Origin: Ruditapes philippinarum
Taxonomy: Eukaryota
Direction of reading: 5' to 3'
NCBI RefSeq assembly: GCF_026571515.1
Contig: NW_026852746.1
Location: forward strand, 248,001-312,000
Length of the DNA stretch: 64,000 bases
This document shows positions 12,121 through 23,670 of this stretch, piece after piece. Position 1 is the stretch's first letter, and the number at the start of each line of letters is the position of its first letter. The position numbers and the translations under genes were made by a program. The notes below the pieces were generated by a model. The model saw only the letters and a program-made list of their open reading frames with translations, did not search any database and was not told the origin of the DNA.

Positions 12121-13842
12121 ATGGCTGAGTGTAAAAGTAATATAAATGAAAAAGAATTAGTAAAGAAACTGTTGTGTCATCCATGCTTGTATAAGGATAA
12201 AAAAACGGACGCAATTTTTTTTTGTCGAACATGTAATGAATTTCAATGTAAGAATTGTTCAAAAGTTCATGAAACACATACCTTCCTAAGGAGTCACACA
12301 TTAGTGAATGCGAATGAAGCAGATACGGGACAAACCTCGTTTGATATGAAAGGAATAGATCAATGTATCCATCATCAGAAAGTTATAGAATTCTTTTGTG
12401 AAGATGAGGAAAAGCTTTGTTGCAGTACTTGTGCTATTGTTAATCATCGTAAATGTCAAAGTGTTGTAGACGTCCAGACGGTTGTCGAACAATCAAAGCG
12501 TAAAAAGTCAAATGTTAAAGTCAAATTGCTGGAAGTGAAACAGAAGGCAGAAATTATCAGCAACAGTGTTGCCTCCTCTAAAAGGAAACTGGAAGAAGAT
12601 ATTCAAAATATACCAGTAAAAATAAAGAAAAGGCGGGATGAAGTGAACAATATGTTTGATGAGTTGGAGCGGTCTGTTGTTAAAAACGTTGACTCATACA
12701 AGTCAGAAACATTTGGAAAGCTCACAAAGAAGCAAATACAGAACGATAACTATTTAGCCAATATATCAACGTGTCTGGATACAATTGAAAACGTGAATCA
12801 GAACGGAACTTCAGTTCAGCAGTTTATAGTGGAGCAAAAAATGAAGGAAGATATCAATGTTCTTTACAAAAAAGTCAATGCAGAGTGCAAAGGCTTAGAA
12901 ACCATGACGGTGAACTTTGAGTTTGACGAAACACTTAAACTTCCACCTCTACCTATCTCTGTTCATGTTCCGGGATATCTTACATTGAAGTCACATCTGC
13001 CAGAAGCTGCAAGCACTATAGCACCTGAGAAGAAGGCAATAAAACTGACACCAGTATGTACCATTGATTTAATGCAGGACGAAGGAAAAGAGCCCTTTTA
13101 TAAAGGGATAGATTTTTTGCCTGATGGTAGACTGGTTGTTGTAGATAATAAGAATAAGAAATGTTTGGTGTACAATACAAAGCTTGAAAAACTAGGATCG
13201 TTTCAGTTATCTTCGATACCACAATCAGTTGTTGCTGTATCTGATGAGAAAGTGATGGTTACGGGAGGTCGATCATATAAGTTAGACATATTACGTGTGG
13301 ATAAATCAAATGAAATAATGTTAGATAGATCTTTCACAATGACAACAAGATATGACTCGGTATGCATTAAAGATGATGAACATTTTGTTGGAGTGACTAT
13401 CGAACATCCACGACCAGTTCGTATTATAGCAACAACAGGTGAAGAGAAAGATTTCAATATCAACTTTCCGAGCAAGACATACCCCTTAGGAGCAAGTGCT
13501 TGTACTTACATTAGAAATAGTGAGAAAGTGGTGCTCACAGATAGATACGACCATACTGTCTACATATATGATATCAAGACAAACACGAGAGTCGTAGTAA
13601 AGAATGACCTGATAAAGGAGCCCTGTGGTGCTGCAGTTGGTCCCTTTGACACTATCCTTGTTTGTAGCCAAAACACTAATTCCATTGTACAGATCTCTCA
13701 AACCGGTCGGATCTTATCATCATACATCACAGACTTGAAATTTCCAACAACAATATGTGTGTCACGTGACAAATCATTTCTTGTTGTATCAAATGCATAT
13801 AATTTGGAGAGAAAACTACAGAAGTTGAAAATAACATATTGA
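12121..13842 (+). CDS. RING-less TRIM-like protein: B-box1, B-box2, coiled coil, C-terminal NHL-like beta-propeller (paralog A), single exon
   Basis: Intact ORF; ATG at 12121 preferred to TTG 12082. B-box1 CHPC..FCRTCNEFQCKNCSKVH..H; B-box2 CIHHQKVIEFFCEDEEKLCCSTCAIVNHRKC; heptad-rich middle; GIDFLPDGRLVVVD and EPCGAAVGPFDTILVC NHL-like blades. Confidence 0.92.
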   Translation: MAECKSNINEKELVKKLLCHPCLYKDKKTDAIFFCRTCNEFQCKNCSKVHETHTFLRSHTLVNANEADTGQTSFDMKGIDQCIHHQKVIEFFCEDEEKLCCSTCAIVNHRKCQSVVDVQTVVEQSKRKKSNVKVKLLEVKQKAEIISNSVASSKRKLEEDIQNIPVKIKKRRDEVNNMFDELERSVVKNVDSYKSETFGKLTKKQIQNDNYLANISTCLDTIENVNQNGTSVQQFIVEQKMKEDINVLYKKVNAECKGLETMTVNFEFDETLKLPPLPISVHVPGYLTLKSHLPEAASTIAPEKKAIKLTPVCTIDLMQDEGKEPFYKGIDFLPDGRLVVVDNKNKKCLVYNTKLEKLGSFQLSSIPQSVVAVSDEKVMVTGGRSYKLDILRVDKSNEIMLDRSFTMTTRYDSVCIKDDEHFVGVTIEHPRPVRIIATTGEEKDFNINFPSKTYPLGASACTYIRNSEKVVLTDRYDHTVYIYDIKTNTRVVVKNDLIKEPCGAAVGPFDTILVCSQNTNSIVQISQTGRILSSYITDLKFPTTICVSRDKSFLVVSNAYNLERKLQKLKITY

Positions 13843-14859
13843 TCACGTTGTCAGATATTTATGGTTTCAATTCGACAAAATTGTATCAGATTTAGCAATA
13901 GATATCACCATGTTCTGATTACCTACTATGAATATAGTGTAATGATTTATACTACATACTGAATGATGCCAAGTACTTGGTAGCTTTCTGTTTAAACAAC
14001 TTAGAAACTAGTAACGTTATAGGTGCAAACGCGTGTGCATGCAAATTGTTCGATTCATATGTCTATCCGCCTTTCTCGTGTATACAAACGTGCTTGTGAA
14101 CATAAATTTGTGCAACAGTACCAGTGTGTCTGCGTGCGCGTTTGTGTGCGCGCATGTATGTGTGTGCGTCTGTGAGTGTTGTTGTTGTTTGTTTTTTTTG
14201 TTGTTTAACGTTTTTAATTTTATTACTTTATATGGTAGATCAATTACTATTATAGTTAATTCAGAACTGTATTTGCTCTATAATTATACGATAATTAACT
14301 GTGCATGTTCATAGATAAGAAATTGATTTTAGTGTAAATATTCGCTTTTGCATAATAAATAAATTTCCATCAATCTGTTATGATTTAACAATTAACAAAT
14401 GAAATAGGCAAAATGTGGCCTATTGTCAAATGTATATGGCTCTCTTCAATGACATTATTGGTAATAACATAACTTTGGTAATAACCATGGGTCATCATAG
14501 TGAATCAGGACTTGCTTCTAAGAGATCTGTACTTTCATTATCATGAGATATAAGTTGATGAAACATCACCATCTATCTATATTTAGAGATTTTGAAAGGA
14601 TACAAACAAATTGTTAAAAGCTCTGTCCTACCATTTTAACATCGTTTCAGTTTCTCATCAAACGTACCTTGTCGTCAACTTCTACTGCTGAATTTGTTTT
14701 GTTTCTTTTTTTTCATATCTAAAATAATGAGCTGAGCTGTTTGGGAAATGTATACAAAGAAATCCTTGTTAAGATAATGTTATCTATTTTTTTTACCTGG
14801 CGTAAGATAGTTTTATCATCACCGTTCATTGAAAATCTCGTTTCGAGCCGGAAGTAACG

Positions 14860-15850
14860 ATATTTTTAGAATAAAAAACAGATTATTTGTTTAAAAAGAG
14901 ATTTTCTATCGGATATTTAAAAGCCCCACAACGGAAGATTTATTAACAAAATGAGTATTTACAGGAAATTGAAATGAGGAGAAACTGAACTATAAATTAT
15001 TTCCTAAATTGTCAGAGTTATAAGTTTATCGCTCTATTAACACATAGGCTTTAAAAATAAAATAAATGAATCTCATGGTCTTCACATATCATTTTACACA
15101 AATTAATTCTACGTTGTTGCGAATATGTGATAAAGGTACATTTAGCCTCAGAAATAAATATTTTTTCTTCTTCAGAAAGGACAAACATGATATTTATATA
15201 TCGTTGAAATAACGGTTTTAGAGCACTTTAGATGCTCATCTCCTTCACAAATAGGCGCTGAATTTCATCAAAGTAGCAAAATAAAAATAAAATAGTAGTT
15301 GTACTAACATACAAAATACTAATACGAAAGAACTGTACTAGTTTCCAAATAGCAACAAAAGCAAAAGATTGATCAGGTTATTGGCCGATGAGTAACTTTT
15401 TGGTATCTTAACCAGTAAAACAAAAATAAAAGCATTTCTCGGGCTTAAAGGACCTAAAGTTTCTATCAATATTTGGTTGCCATTTCTATCGCTTACTCAA
15501 AAACAAGCCAATTAACTTGCGACAGTCTTGTAGCGCGGCATTCTATCGCAAGCGGGACAGAATTCTTACACTAAATAAGTGATACTATTTTTCAAGCATT
15601 TATACATTATACGGTATGTCAGTGTATAAGCAGCTCTGTTTTAAGGCGGGATTTGATGTTGTGAAAGAAATGCATATATCTAACATCTTCTTACTTTAGT
15701 AGATTTGACAATTTTTTTTTTAATTCAAATGAGATTTGTAAGTTAAAAAGAAAGATTTTAAAAAATCTGGAAAAGGGTGATCTCCCCCTAAACATTAACA
15801 ACAACAAATTAACATGAAAATTTCAGACTCGGTTTGATTGAGCCTGTACA
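14860..15850. repeat. Duplicated non-coding block, paralogous to ~7310-8112
   Basis: Collinear similarity to 7310-8112; boundaries approximate. Confidence 0.75.
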
Positions 15851-16689
15851 TAAAGGATAATGTAATATTATGTAATGTAAAAGGGTGTTTGTCGTTGAAC
15901 GGACACTTTTGCCGTTTAATGGGTTCCATCTTTTTTGTTTTCTTCCGGAGAACCAGCAATCTCAATACTTTCTATTGCCGTGTAAACGGAGGAAGCATTC
16001 GATTGTGACTCGGGCGATCCGATATTTAGTCGGACATTTGTTTCCAGACATTGAATGAAGAAGTAACCAGTTAGGAATAGATTTGAAAGGGAAAGCAAAG
16101 GGACATTGCTTCATAACTGATCATGAATGTTTTGAGTAATATTTCGGTTATATGTTACGTTATTGGCGTTTACCTTAAATGAAATGGTTAATTTCGCATA
16201 AGCCATTTATACAAAATATCTTTTCACATATACGTTTTTATACAAAACAATACTAAACAACACGCGAGTCCAAACTCGAAACTAATGATAAAACAAAATA
16301 AAAGCGCAAGAAAAATACAAAATGATTTTTTTACAACTCTAAGATACCCGCAGCTACTTTCCAGTGAACATAAATATGGCAGAATTAAAAAATATAGTGG
16401 TCTTGATTTTGGTGATTGGGGTAGTAGTAGAAGAGGTAATATATGAAGCAGTAACAAAAGTAGAAGTTACAGACGCAGCAGTAGATGTTGAAGTATCATC
16501 AGTAAAACAGTTACAAGAGAATACAAAATATTCATATCATGACACGAAAGCTCGACAAAACCATTCCTTTTTTGTATGGCCAGTTTACCTGTATGTGGCA
16601 TTGCAACATTTCATAATAGCAGTCATGTTATTGTTATTTTGAATCTTTATGCATTTTTAAAGTTTCATTAATACAGAGAAAACGTTAAA

Positions 16690-17366
16690 GGCCACAACAA
16701 ACGGTAGGATTTCTACACTGTAAGAATCATCTGAGGTTTTCCCTTAAAAGGATCCCTTTACATTGATCCTTTACATACTTTACTCACTAAATACTTTTTT
16801 CGCCATGAGTAATGATTGAAACATCTCCATTTAAAAAAAATATAATTATATATATATTTTGTTTTTAATGTGAAGCTTGACTGAGACTCAAACCTGGGAC
16901 CCTCGGAATACCGTACTGCGGCTCTACTGACTAAGCTATCTGGCGGCCTCCAAACTGTCTCCCCTCCCCTAATTAGAGAACAATTCAATGTCGTGACATA
17001 ATCATTTTTGGAATAATTTGGGATTCGAACATAACACAACTTTGGGTCTCCTGAAGAGTTTTTCAACATCATTTTTACATGTACCCCATTTTACTACGAT
17101 GTTTACCTTTTAGCCTTAATTGTTCTGGAATTTCATTCATTACACCCCATTATCAGGAGATAATTTGGTTATCTGTTACTTGTCATTGTGGGAGGTCTGT
17201 AAAAATCTGTACGACAAGATTTTCAAAATAGAACATGTCCTATCCCTTACATCTAGACTTAAGGTTTCCGAAATCAAGAAATAGTAGCCTTCACACATTA
17301 AGATTTGTCAGTACATCCTAGTTTTAATTGGTGTTGTACTTCAAAATCCTACCGTCTGTTGGGGCC
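16690..17366. mobile_element. Kolobok-type MITE containing a tRNA-derived segment
   Basis: TTAA(A)|GGCCACAACAAACGGTAGGATT ... AATCCTACCGTCTGTTGGGGCC|TTAA; internal minus-strand tRNA-like sequence 16870-16948 (A box TAGCTTAGTCAGTAGAGC, B box GGTTTGAGTCT). Confidence 0.75.
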
Positions 17367-17792
17367 TTAAGATTGGTCTAGAAAATAAAACCTAATGTTA
17401 ACAAGTTACTAGTATATGTAAAGATAATATGTTTCTGATATTTTCAATCCAAGTTTCCTCATATATAGTTTATTATACATCGTCACCTTAGTGCAGTAAC
17501 GGTTTAACTTCTTATATAATTTCATAAAAGTTAACCTGTTACTTGTATGTGTAAAGATTGCTCTTTGTTACGTACATGAAATTTATATGGTAGAACATTA
17601 AGAATTAAGGAATAAAAATCATTCACGACTATAAACTTGTGCTTTAAATTGAAATTTGTCTAAGTTGTTAAATAAGATCAAATGCGTTATCTCCATTTTT
17701 ACATTCTGTGATTGATGAGGTCAGGTGATCTAATGATAACGACTATAATACAACACACGATCAAAAAAGCAAACCAAAATATATGAACTAAA

Positions 17793-19508
17793 ATGGCTGC
17801 CAATCGGAATAGCAATGCAAATCATGAACTGTCCTTGTGTCAGCCATGCTTGAATATGGATACAATAACAGATGCCAATATTTTTTGTCGAACTTGTAAC
17901 GAATTTCAGTGTATGGATTGTTCAAAAGTTCATGAAACACACACCTTCCTGAGAAGTCACACATTAGTGGATGCGAATGATTCAAACATCGCACAAACAA
18001 AATTTGATATGAAAGGTATAGATCAATGTATTCTGCATCAGAGGGATTTAGAGTATTTTTGTGAAGATGAGGAAAAGCTTTGTTGCAGTACTTGCGCTAT
18101 TGTAAATCACCGTAAATGTCAAAGTGTTGTAGACGTCAAGGCTGTCGTTGAGTCAGACCGTAAAAGGTCATATGCAAAGGTCAAATTACAGGAAGTTAAA
18201 GAGAAGGCAGAAAAAATTATAAATAACGTAGTCTGCTCTAAAAGGAAACTTGAAGAAGATGTTACAGACATACCAGTAAAAATAAAGAAAAGGCGGGATG
18301 AAGTAAATAAAATGTTCGACGAATTAGAAATGTCCATTGTTAAACAAGCTAAATCTTTACAGACAGAAACATTTGTAAAGCTTACAACAAAGCAGACACA
18401 GAACGAGAAGTATCTAGCCGATATAACAACGTGTCTAAAAACAATTGATGAAGTATATGAGAATGGAACTTCGATTGAGCAGTTTATTGTGGAGGAGAAA
18501 ATGAAGGAAGAGATCAACTTACTTCACACAAATGTCGATGCAGAATGCAAAGGCTTAGAGACAATGACGGTAAACTTTGCGTTTGACGAAGTATTTAACC
18601 TGCCACCACTTCCTTTCGCTGATTATGTTTCAGGACAACTGAGTTTGAGATCACATCTGTCAGAGACTGCCGGCATTATAACACCTGTTGACAAAGCAAT
18701 TAATATAACACCGGTATGCTGTGTTGATTTAAAGCAAAGTAAAGATGACGAAGGCGAACCGTTTTATACAGGGATAGATTTTCTACCAGATGGTAGACTA
18801 GTTGTTGTGGATAATACAAACAAGAAATGCCTAGTATACAATGAGAAGCTTGAGAAACTAGGATCATATCAGTTATCTTACAAGCCACTATCTGTTGTTG
18901 CCATATCTGATGAGGCAGTAATGATTACAAGTGGAAATGCATTGAGGTTAGACATTTTACGTGTAAATAAATCAAATCAGATAATTTTAAATAGAACAAA
19001 AATGGTAACCACAAAATATGACTCGATATGTGTAAACGATGAAGAAAATTTTGTCGGAGGAACATATGACCATTCAAGACCAGTTCGTATTATATCATTA
19101 ACAGGAAATGAAAAAGATATCAATGCAAACTTCCCCAAAAAGATATATCCAATAGAAGCAAGTGCGTGTACTTATGATAGGAATACTGAGAAACTGACAC
19201 TCACAGATAAATACGAGCATACTGTGTACATATATGATACCAAGACAAACACGAGAGTCGTGGTGAAGGATGATAAGATACAGGAGCCACGTGGTGTGAC
19301 AGTTGGACCATTGGACACTATTTTTGTTTGTAGTAAAAACACACACTCCATTGTGCAGATTTCTCAAACCGGTAGAATCGTATCGTCACACAAGACGGAT
19401 ATGGAATATCCAAGAACAATCTGTATATCAAGAGACAAATCATTTCTTGTTGTATCAAACGCATGTAATGGCAAGAGAAAATTACAGAAGTTACAAGTAA
19501 CATATTGA
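17793..19508 (+). CDS. RING-less TRIM-like protein: B-box1, B-box2, coiled coil, NHL-like beta-propeller (paralog B), single exon
   Basis: Intact 571-aa ORF collinear with paralog A (identical FCEDEEKLCCSTCAIVNHRKCQSVVDV, GIDFLPDGRLVVVDN, SIVQISQTGRI). Confidence 0.93.
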   Translation: MAANRNSNANHELSLCQPCLNMDTITDANIFCRTCNEFQCMDCSKVHETHTFLRSHTLVDANDSNIAQTKFDMKGIDQCILHQRDLEYFCEDEEKLCCSTCAIVNHRKCQSVVDVKAVVESDRKRSYAKVKLQEVKEKAEKIINNVVCSKRKLEEDVTDIPVKIKKRRDEVNKMFDELEMSIVKQAKSLQTETFVKLTTKQTQNEKYLADITTCLKTIDEVYENGTSIEQFIVEEKMKEEINLLHTNVDAECKGLETMTVNFAFDEVFNLPPLPFADYVSGQLSLRSHLSETAGIITPVDKAINITPVCCVDLKQSKDDEGEPFYTGIDFLPDGRLVVVDNTNKKCLVYNEKLEKLGSYQLSYKPLSVVAISDEAVMITSGNALRLDILRVNKSNQIILNRTKMVTTKYDSICVNDEENFVGGTYDHSRPVRIISLTGNEKDINANFPKKIYPIEASACTYDRNTEKLTLTDKYEHTVYIYDTKTNTRVVVKDDKIQEPRGVTVGPLDTIFVCSKNTHSIVQISQTGRIVSSHKTDMEYPRTICISRDKSFLVVSNACNGKRKLQKLQVTY

Positions 19509-21399
19509 TCACGTGAACAAAATTTAACTGCTTTAATTGTATGACAATATTATGTTAGCAGATAATCATGCTACGATAACTTAAAAAGTACAAAGTGTAT
19601 TATATGTATAACGTCTAGTTTTGATATGAGTGACACTGAACCTTGATCGAATGTTATGTTGACCCAAAAAAGTATAAAATATATTAAAATTGTGACATGT
19701 AAATATCGGTTATAAAGAACTTTTATGAAACTTCAATATTTTAAGGTGGTGTGCTTTATTATTGCTCGTATGTATATATTGTATACATTTATTGTGATCA
19801 GTCGTACTTGATTTTTGTTTGTAAGGAAGGAGAAGACATTATGAGCACTTGATAAGATACAAATGCTCATGTTTACAAGCATTAATGTACGTGTGATTAT
19901 CCTAGCATAAATGTAAATGATAGTTTGCGCATGCGTCCGGTATGTGTTCGCGCAGAATGTACGTGTGGGCGAGTGTTTGCGTTTGTGTATACACGTAACT
20001 AAACATGTGTAGGGCGACTGTGCCTATAGTTTCTATAGTTTTTGACTAGTCGTATTGTACCTGTGACAATATTGTTAAGTTTGACACTTAAATTGAATCA
20101 CAATTATAATTTTATTTAGGCATAACTACATTTTGTAATTTAATTTAGAAATAATATTTGCTCCATTTATTTTTTCTTTTTACTTTTTTTGCAATCATGA
20201 CAATATTTGGCATTGATGCTAAATTCATTATCATAAAAACTGTTAACCGATTGTAAAACATGGAAGCTAACAGAAAAGGCAAAGTGTGCTCAGTACCTGT
20301 CTTTCAATCTAGTTATAGTAGATTGTAGATAATCATGACATGCCCAGAGTTTCTTATATTGCACCAGTATGTAGTAGATCCAGAGAGATGCCTAGAGAGT
20401 TATCTAAAAACGCTCTTACATTTTATAACTTTTGAGTTGAAATCGAGGTTTTAATTTGAACATTATAAAAATGACACACCAATTTTCATCTTCTGTTACT
20501 GATAAAGAAGATCCAATAATTTCCAAAGTTGGTTGTCTTTTGATTCAGATAAAATGTTATCTTACCCATTCCGTCCCTCCCGTATTTAAGTGTAATATAT
20601 ATTACTGTCACCATTTAGAAGGAAAGAAAAACAATGTTATGTTTAGTTTGATTTTATTGACAAAAAAAGGAAATATATGTAAAGAGAGTTACAAAACAAT
20701 AGACTAAGTATAAAATCTAACGTATATGGCAAAAATAATTGACTCACAAGTTCTTTCTACATTAGCAACGGGTCTTCCCTTATGTCAGTAAGTTACAAAA
20801 CATGTTATTTAACAATGAATATTACTAAAATAGAAGTAACAAATCATTAAGATGTGTTGTACTCGACTTTGTTATGTTTGATAAGACTGTTTTATGATAA
20901 ACACTATGCTTGCTGTGACCTGATGGTAAACAAAGAGTGATAACTATTATATAATTGTCATTTAAATCCTTTATTTGTGTTTTTGTTATTTCCCTTTGAA
21001 ATAAAATGAAGAAAAATGTATTTGCTATCGAGTAGTTCATATGTAAAAGCATCTAAACTGCATTTTGATGTTATTCTTTTGCAGTTCAAGTTACATCAAT
21101 GTAATACGTTAGGTTTTAAACATCGTATGTACCTTATCATTTTTATATAAATAAAATAAATAAATGAATAAAGAATAAAGCAGACACTGAACAAGACATA
21201 TGTTCATAATAATATGTATATTAATTTAGATTCTAATTTTATTTCTAATGCAAATGGTACAATATACATACGTATATAGTTATATACATTTATTTATTTT
21301 GCAATATAAATATTATAGAGTTCGAACGAAATAATTTGCATTTAAAATGAACTTGTCTGAAAAATGTTTTTTTCTTAATTATCTTTATGATATTATATG

Positions 21400-22320
21400 A
21401 CCTCCAATGTGGAAACATTTTTTACTCGAAGTGCTTGGTTCATAAAACATTTATAGAGGTCTACTGCGCAATGCTATACCATCAAAAAATAGAGGCATAT
21501 TATGTATCAATAGAAAATCAAATCTTTAGATATGCTTAAAAGAGATTATTTTGATTTTTATAATTATCCACATTTAGAAGATAATGTACCTCATGCATCG
21601 TCATATGGAGTATATTTCTCTCAGTAAATTAAATTAGCTAGGGCGTGCGAGTCGTGTGGATGATTTTAATGAACGAAATCAATCTGTTACTAGCAAACTT
21701 CTTAAACAAACATATCGCTATCATAAATTGCGTAACATTTTTACTAATTTCTGCATTTTAATTCAGATTTAATTATAAAATTTGATTTTGATTTAACACT
21801 CTTTTACGATTATGTATTATGAAGTCTAATTTCTATGGAGATGAAGTTTATTAACTTCGTAGGTTCATATCTGGGCTTAGAAAACCTGTTAAAACTCCCT
21901 AGTAGTGTTAATTATACTACACATTTCAAGAAGGTACTATCTGTGTTCCTTCATTTGTTTAACATATGTGTATTGTTACATGTTTTAAATGTTTTCACTT
22001 TTTGAGATGTCTTATTTTGTTTAATTGTCGTTTACGTTATTTTCTTTCCATTTCCCATCGTATACAATTTTGTGCCTGCCCATTTCTACCTATTTTCCTT
22101 ACACCCCTTGTCGCTTAACTTTTCAGTATTTGCTCCTTTTAGTTCTTATCATTTATCATTTTTCACTTATTAAATGCCCCTCTCCTGCTTTCTCCGCTCA
22201 TGTGTCCTCTCCCGATTTTGGTTCGATGCCTTCTGGGTAGACTGCTGTTATGGCTGAATTGTGTCGGGGGCTGCGTTCTGTGAACGTCGTTTTTGCCTTG
22301 TTAATCTTTATTCTCATTTT
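21400..22320 (+). mobile_element. 5'-truncated, decayed Penelope-like retroelement (RT C-terminal part and 3' end)
   Basis: From 21562: NYPHLEDNVPHASSYGVYFSQ*IKLARAC../VDDFNERNQSVTSKLLKQTYRYHKLRNIFTNF, matching the invertebrate PLE RT thumb motif (FP.LDGDVP...SYGVYISQL.RFAR.C...F..RN..LT.KLL.QGYRYHKL). T-rich tail ending GGGCTGCGTTCTGTGAACG; boundaries approximate. Confidence 0.75.
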
Positions 22321-23670
22321 TCATTTCCTATACCTTAGTCTAGTTCAAGCAAATGACTTTCGGGACCCTGGGTAGGCCAAATTTTGATATAAATTCATGA
22401 TTTATATATTTTTTGTAGAAATATTTAAGTTGATGCTACATGTTAAATATCTAAGTTCTGGAAAAAAAATGAAATTGATACATAATGATTTAGTGTGACA
22501 TTAACCTTAGAAAGGTCGTCACATTAATAAATTGACTCAATTTTGCCAGGTACATGTAGTCTCAATTTGCTTCAACCGGTTTAAAAGATACAGACAGGTC
22601 GCAAAACTCCTATATAAGTCTATTATACTCAAGTAGTCTCTTGGTTGGGCAAATTGTCACCTCAAAAAGCTCGATCCTATGTTCTAGAGTTCGTCGCATT
22701 ATAAGTAATATATCTCTCAAATAGTTTTAATTTTTTTATCGGAACACAGAATGACGCCGCCTTAGAATGGTCAGCAGCTTATGCACTGCTGAGGAGTATA
22801 ATTAAGTCATTGGTGCACCAAACCTCACTCTTTCTCCCAACATGTTCCTTTTTGGTTACAAAATGTGAAAATAAGTAAAACACAGAAATGATCATGTAAA
22901 TACGTATAAAAGAAAACCAAATAAAAGTTCTTAATGTCATAAAGGAAGACTTCTTAACAAAGAAAGCATGAACAGCAAGAAAGTCACCTACAAGGGCCCG
23001 ATAAAGAAAAAATCCCCAAAAAGAAGAATATTATTAATTCTCCCGCCACCTTCGTACTAGAGTCAAAACGCGTTTTCATGCTTCTGCAGATCTTAATACA
23101 GATCTGAATGCACGGAAATAAGTTTAATTAATAATTATTCTACTAAAAAAAGTCAAGTGATAAAATTTCATGTTTCTTTCATAACGACTGAAGAGCATGT
23201 GTGTGTATAATAATCGTCCTGCCTAGCTAGCAAACACTTCATTTACTTCTATGATAAAAGGAATTAGTACAAGAGGTTTCCTATTGCCTAAGTTATTATT
23301 ACTCTGAAAACTTTATCTAATGAAATATTTGGTAACAGAAAATATATAGGTCACATCCTGTTTTTTAGTATTTATATATACTTTCATATAGTTGAACAAT
23401 TATATACTAAACAGTTTCTGATGTTTCGTTAAACTGCAGTTTTTGTTTTGTTTTTGTTGTGTTTTTTTTTCGGATTATAATCATTAAACTGTTTTTGTAA
23501 AAACAAGATGTGTGGAAGTTACTGTTTGTTTTTTGCTCTTCTAGTAACATTTCCAATTTTTCTTAAAGCAGCAAAACAGAATTTTCGTTTAAAGAGAGAA
23601 GTTAAGTTTACTTTTTATTATCTTGCTTCAATTTTAAAACTTAAATAATGTTCGCCGTCTACTGCTGACT

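Noticed and set aside
12110-19512. Short antisense and alternate-frame ORFs over the TRIM-like genes
   Set aside because: Shadow ORFs of the real CDSs with no domain signal.
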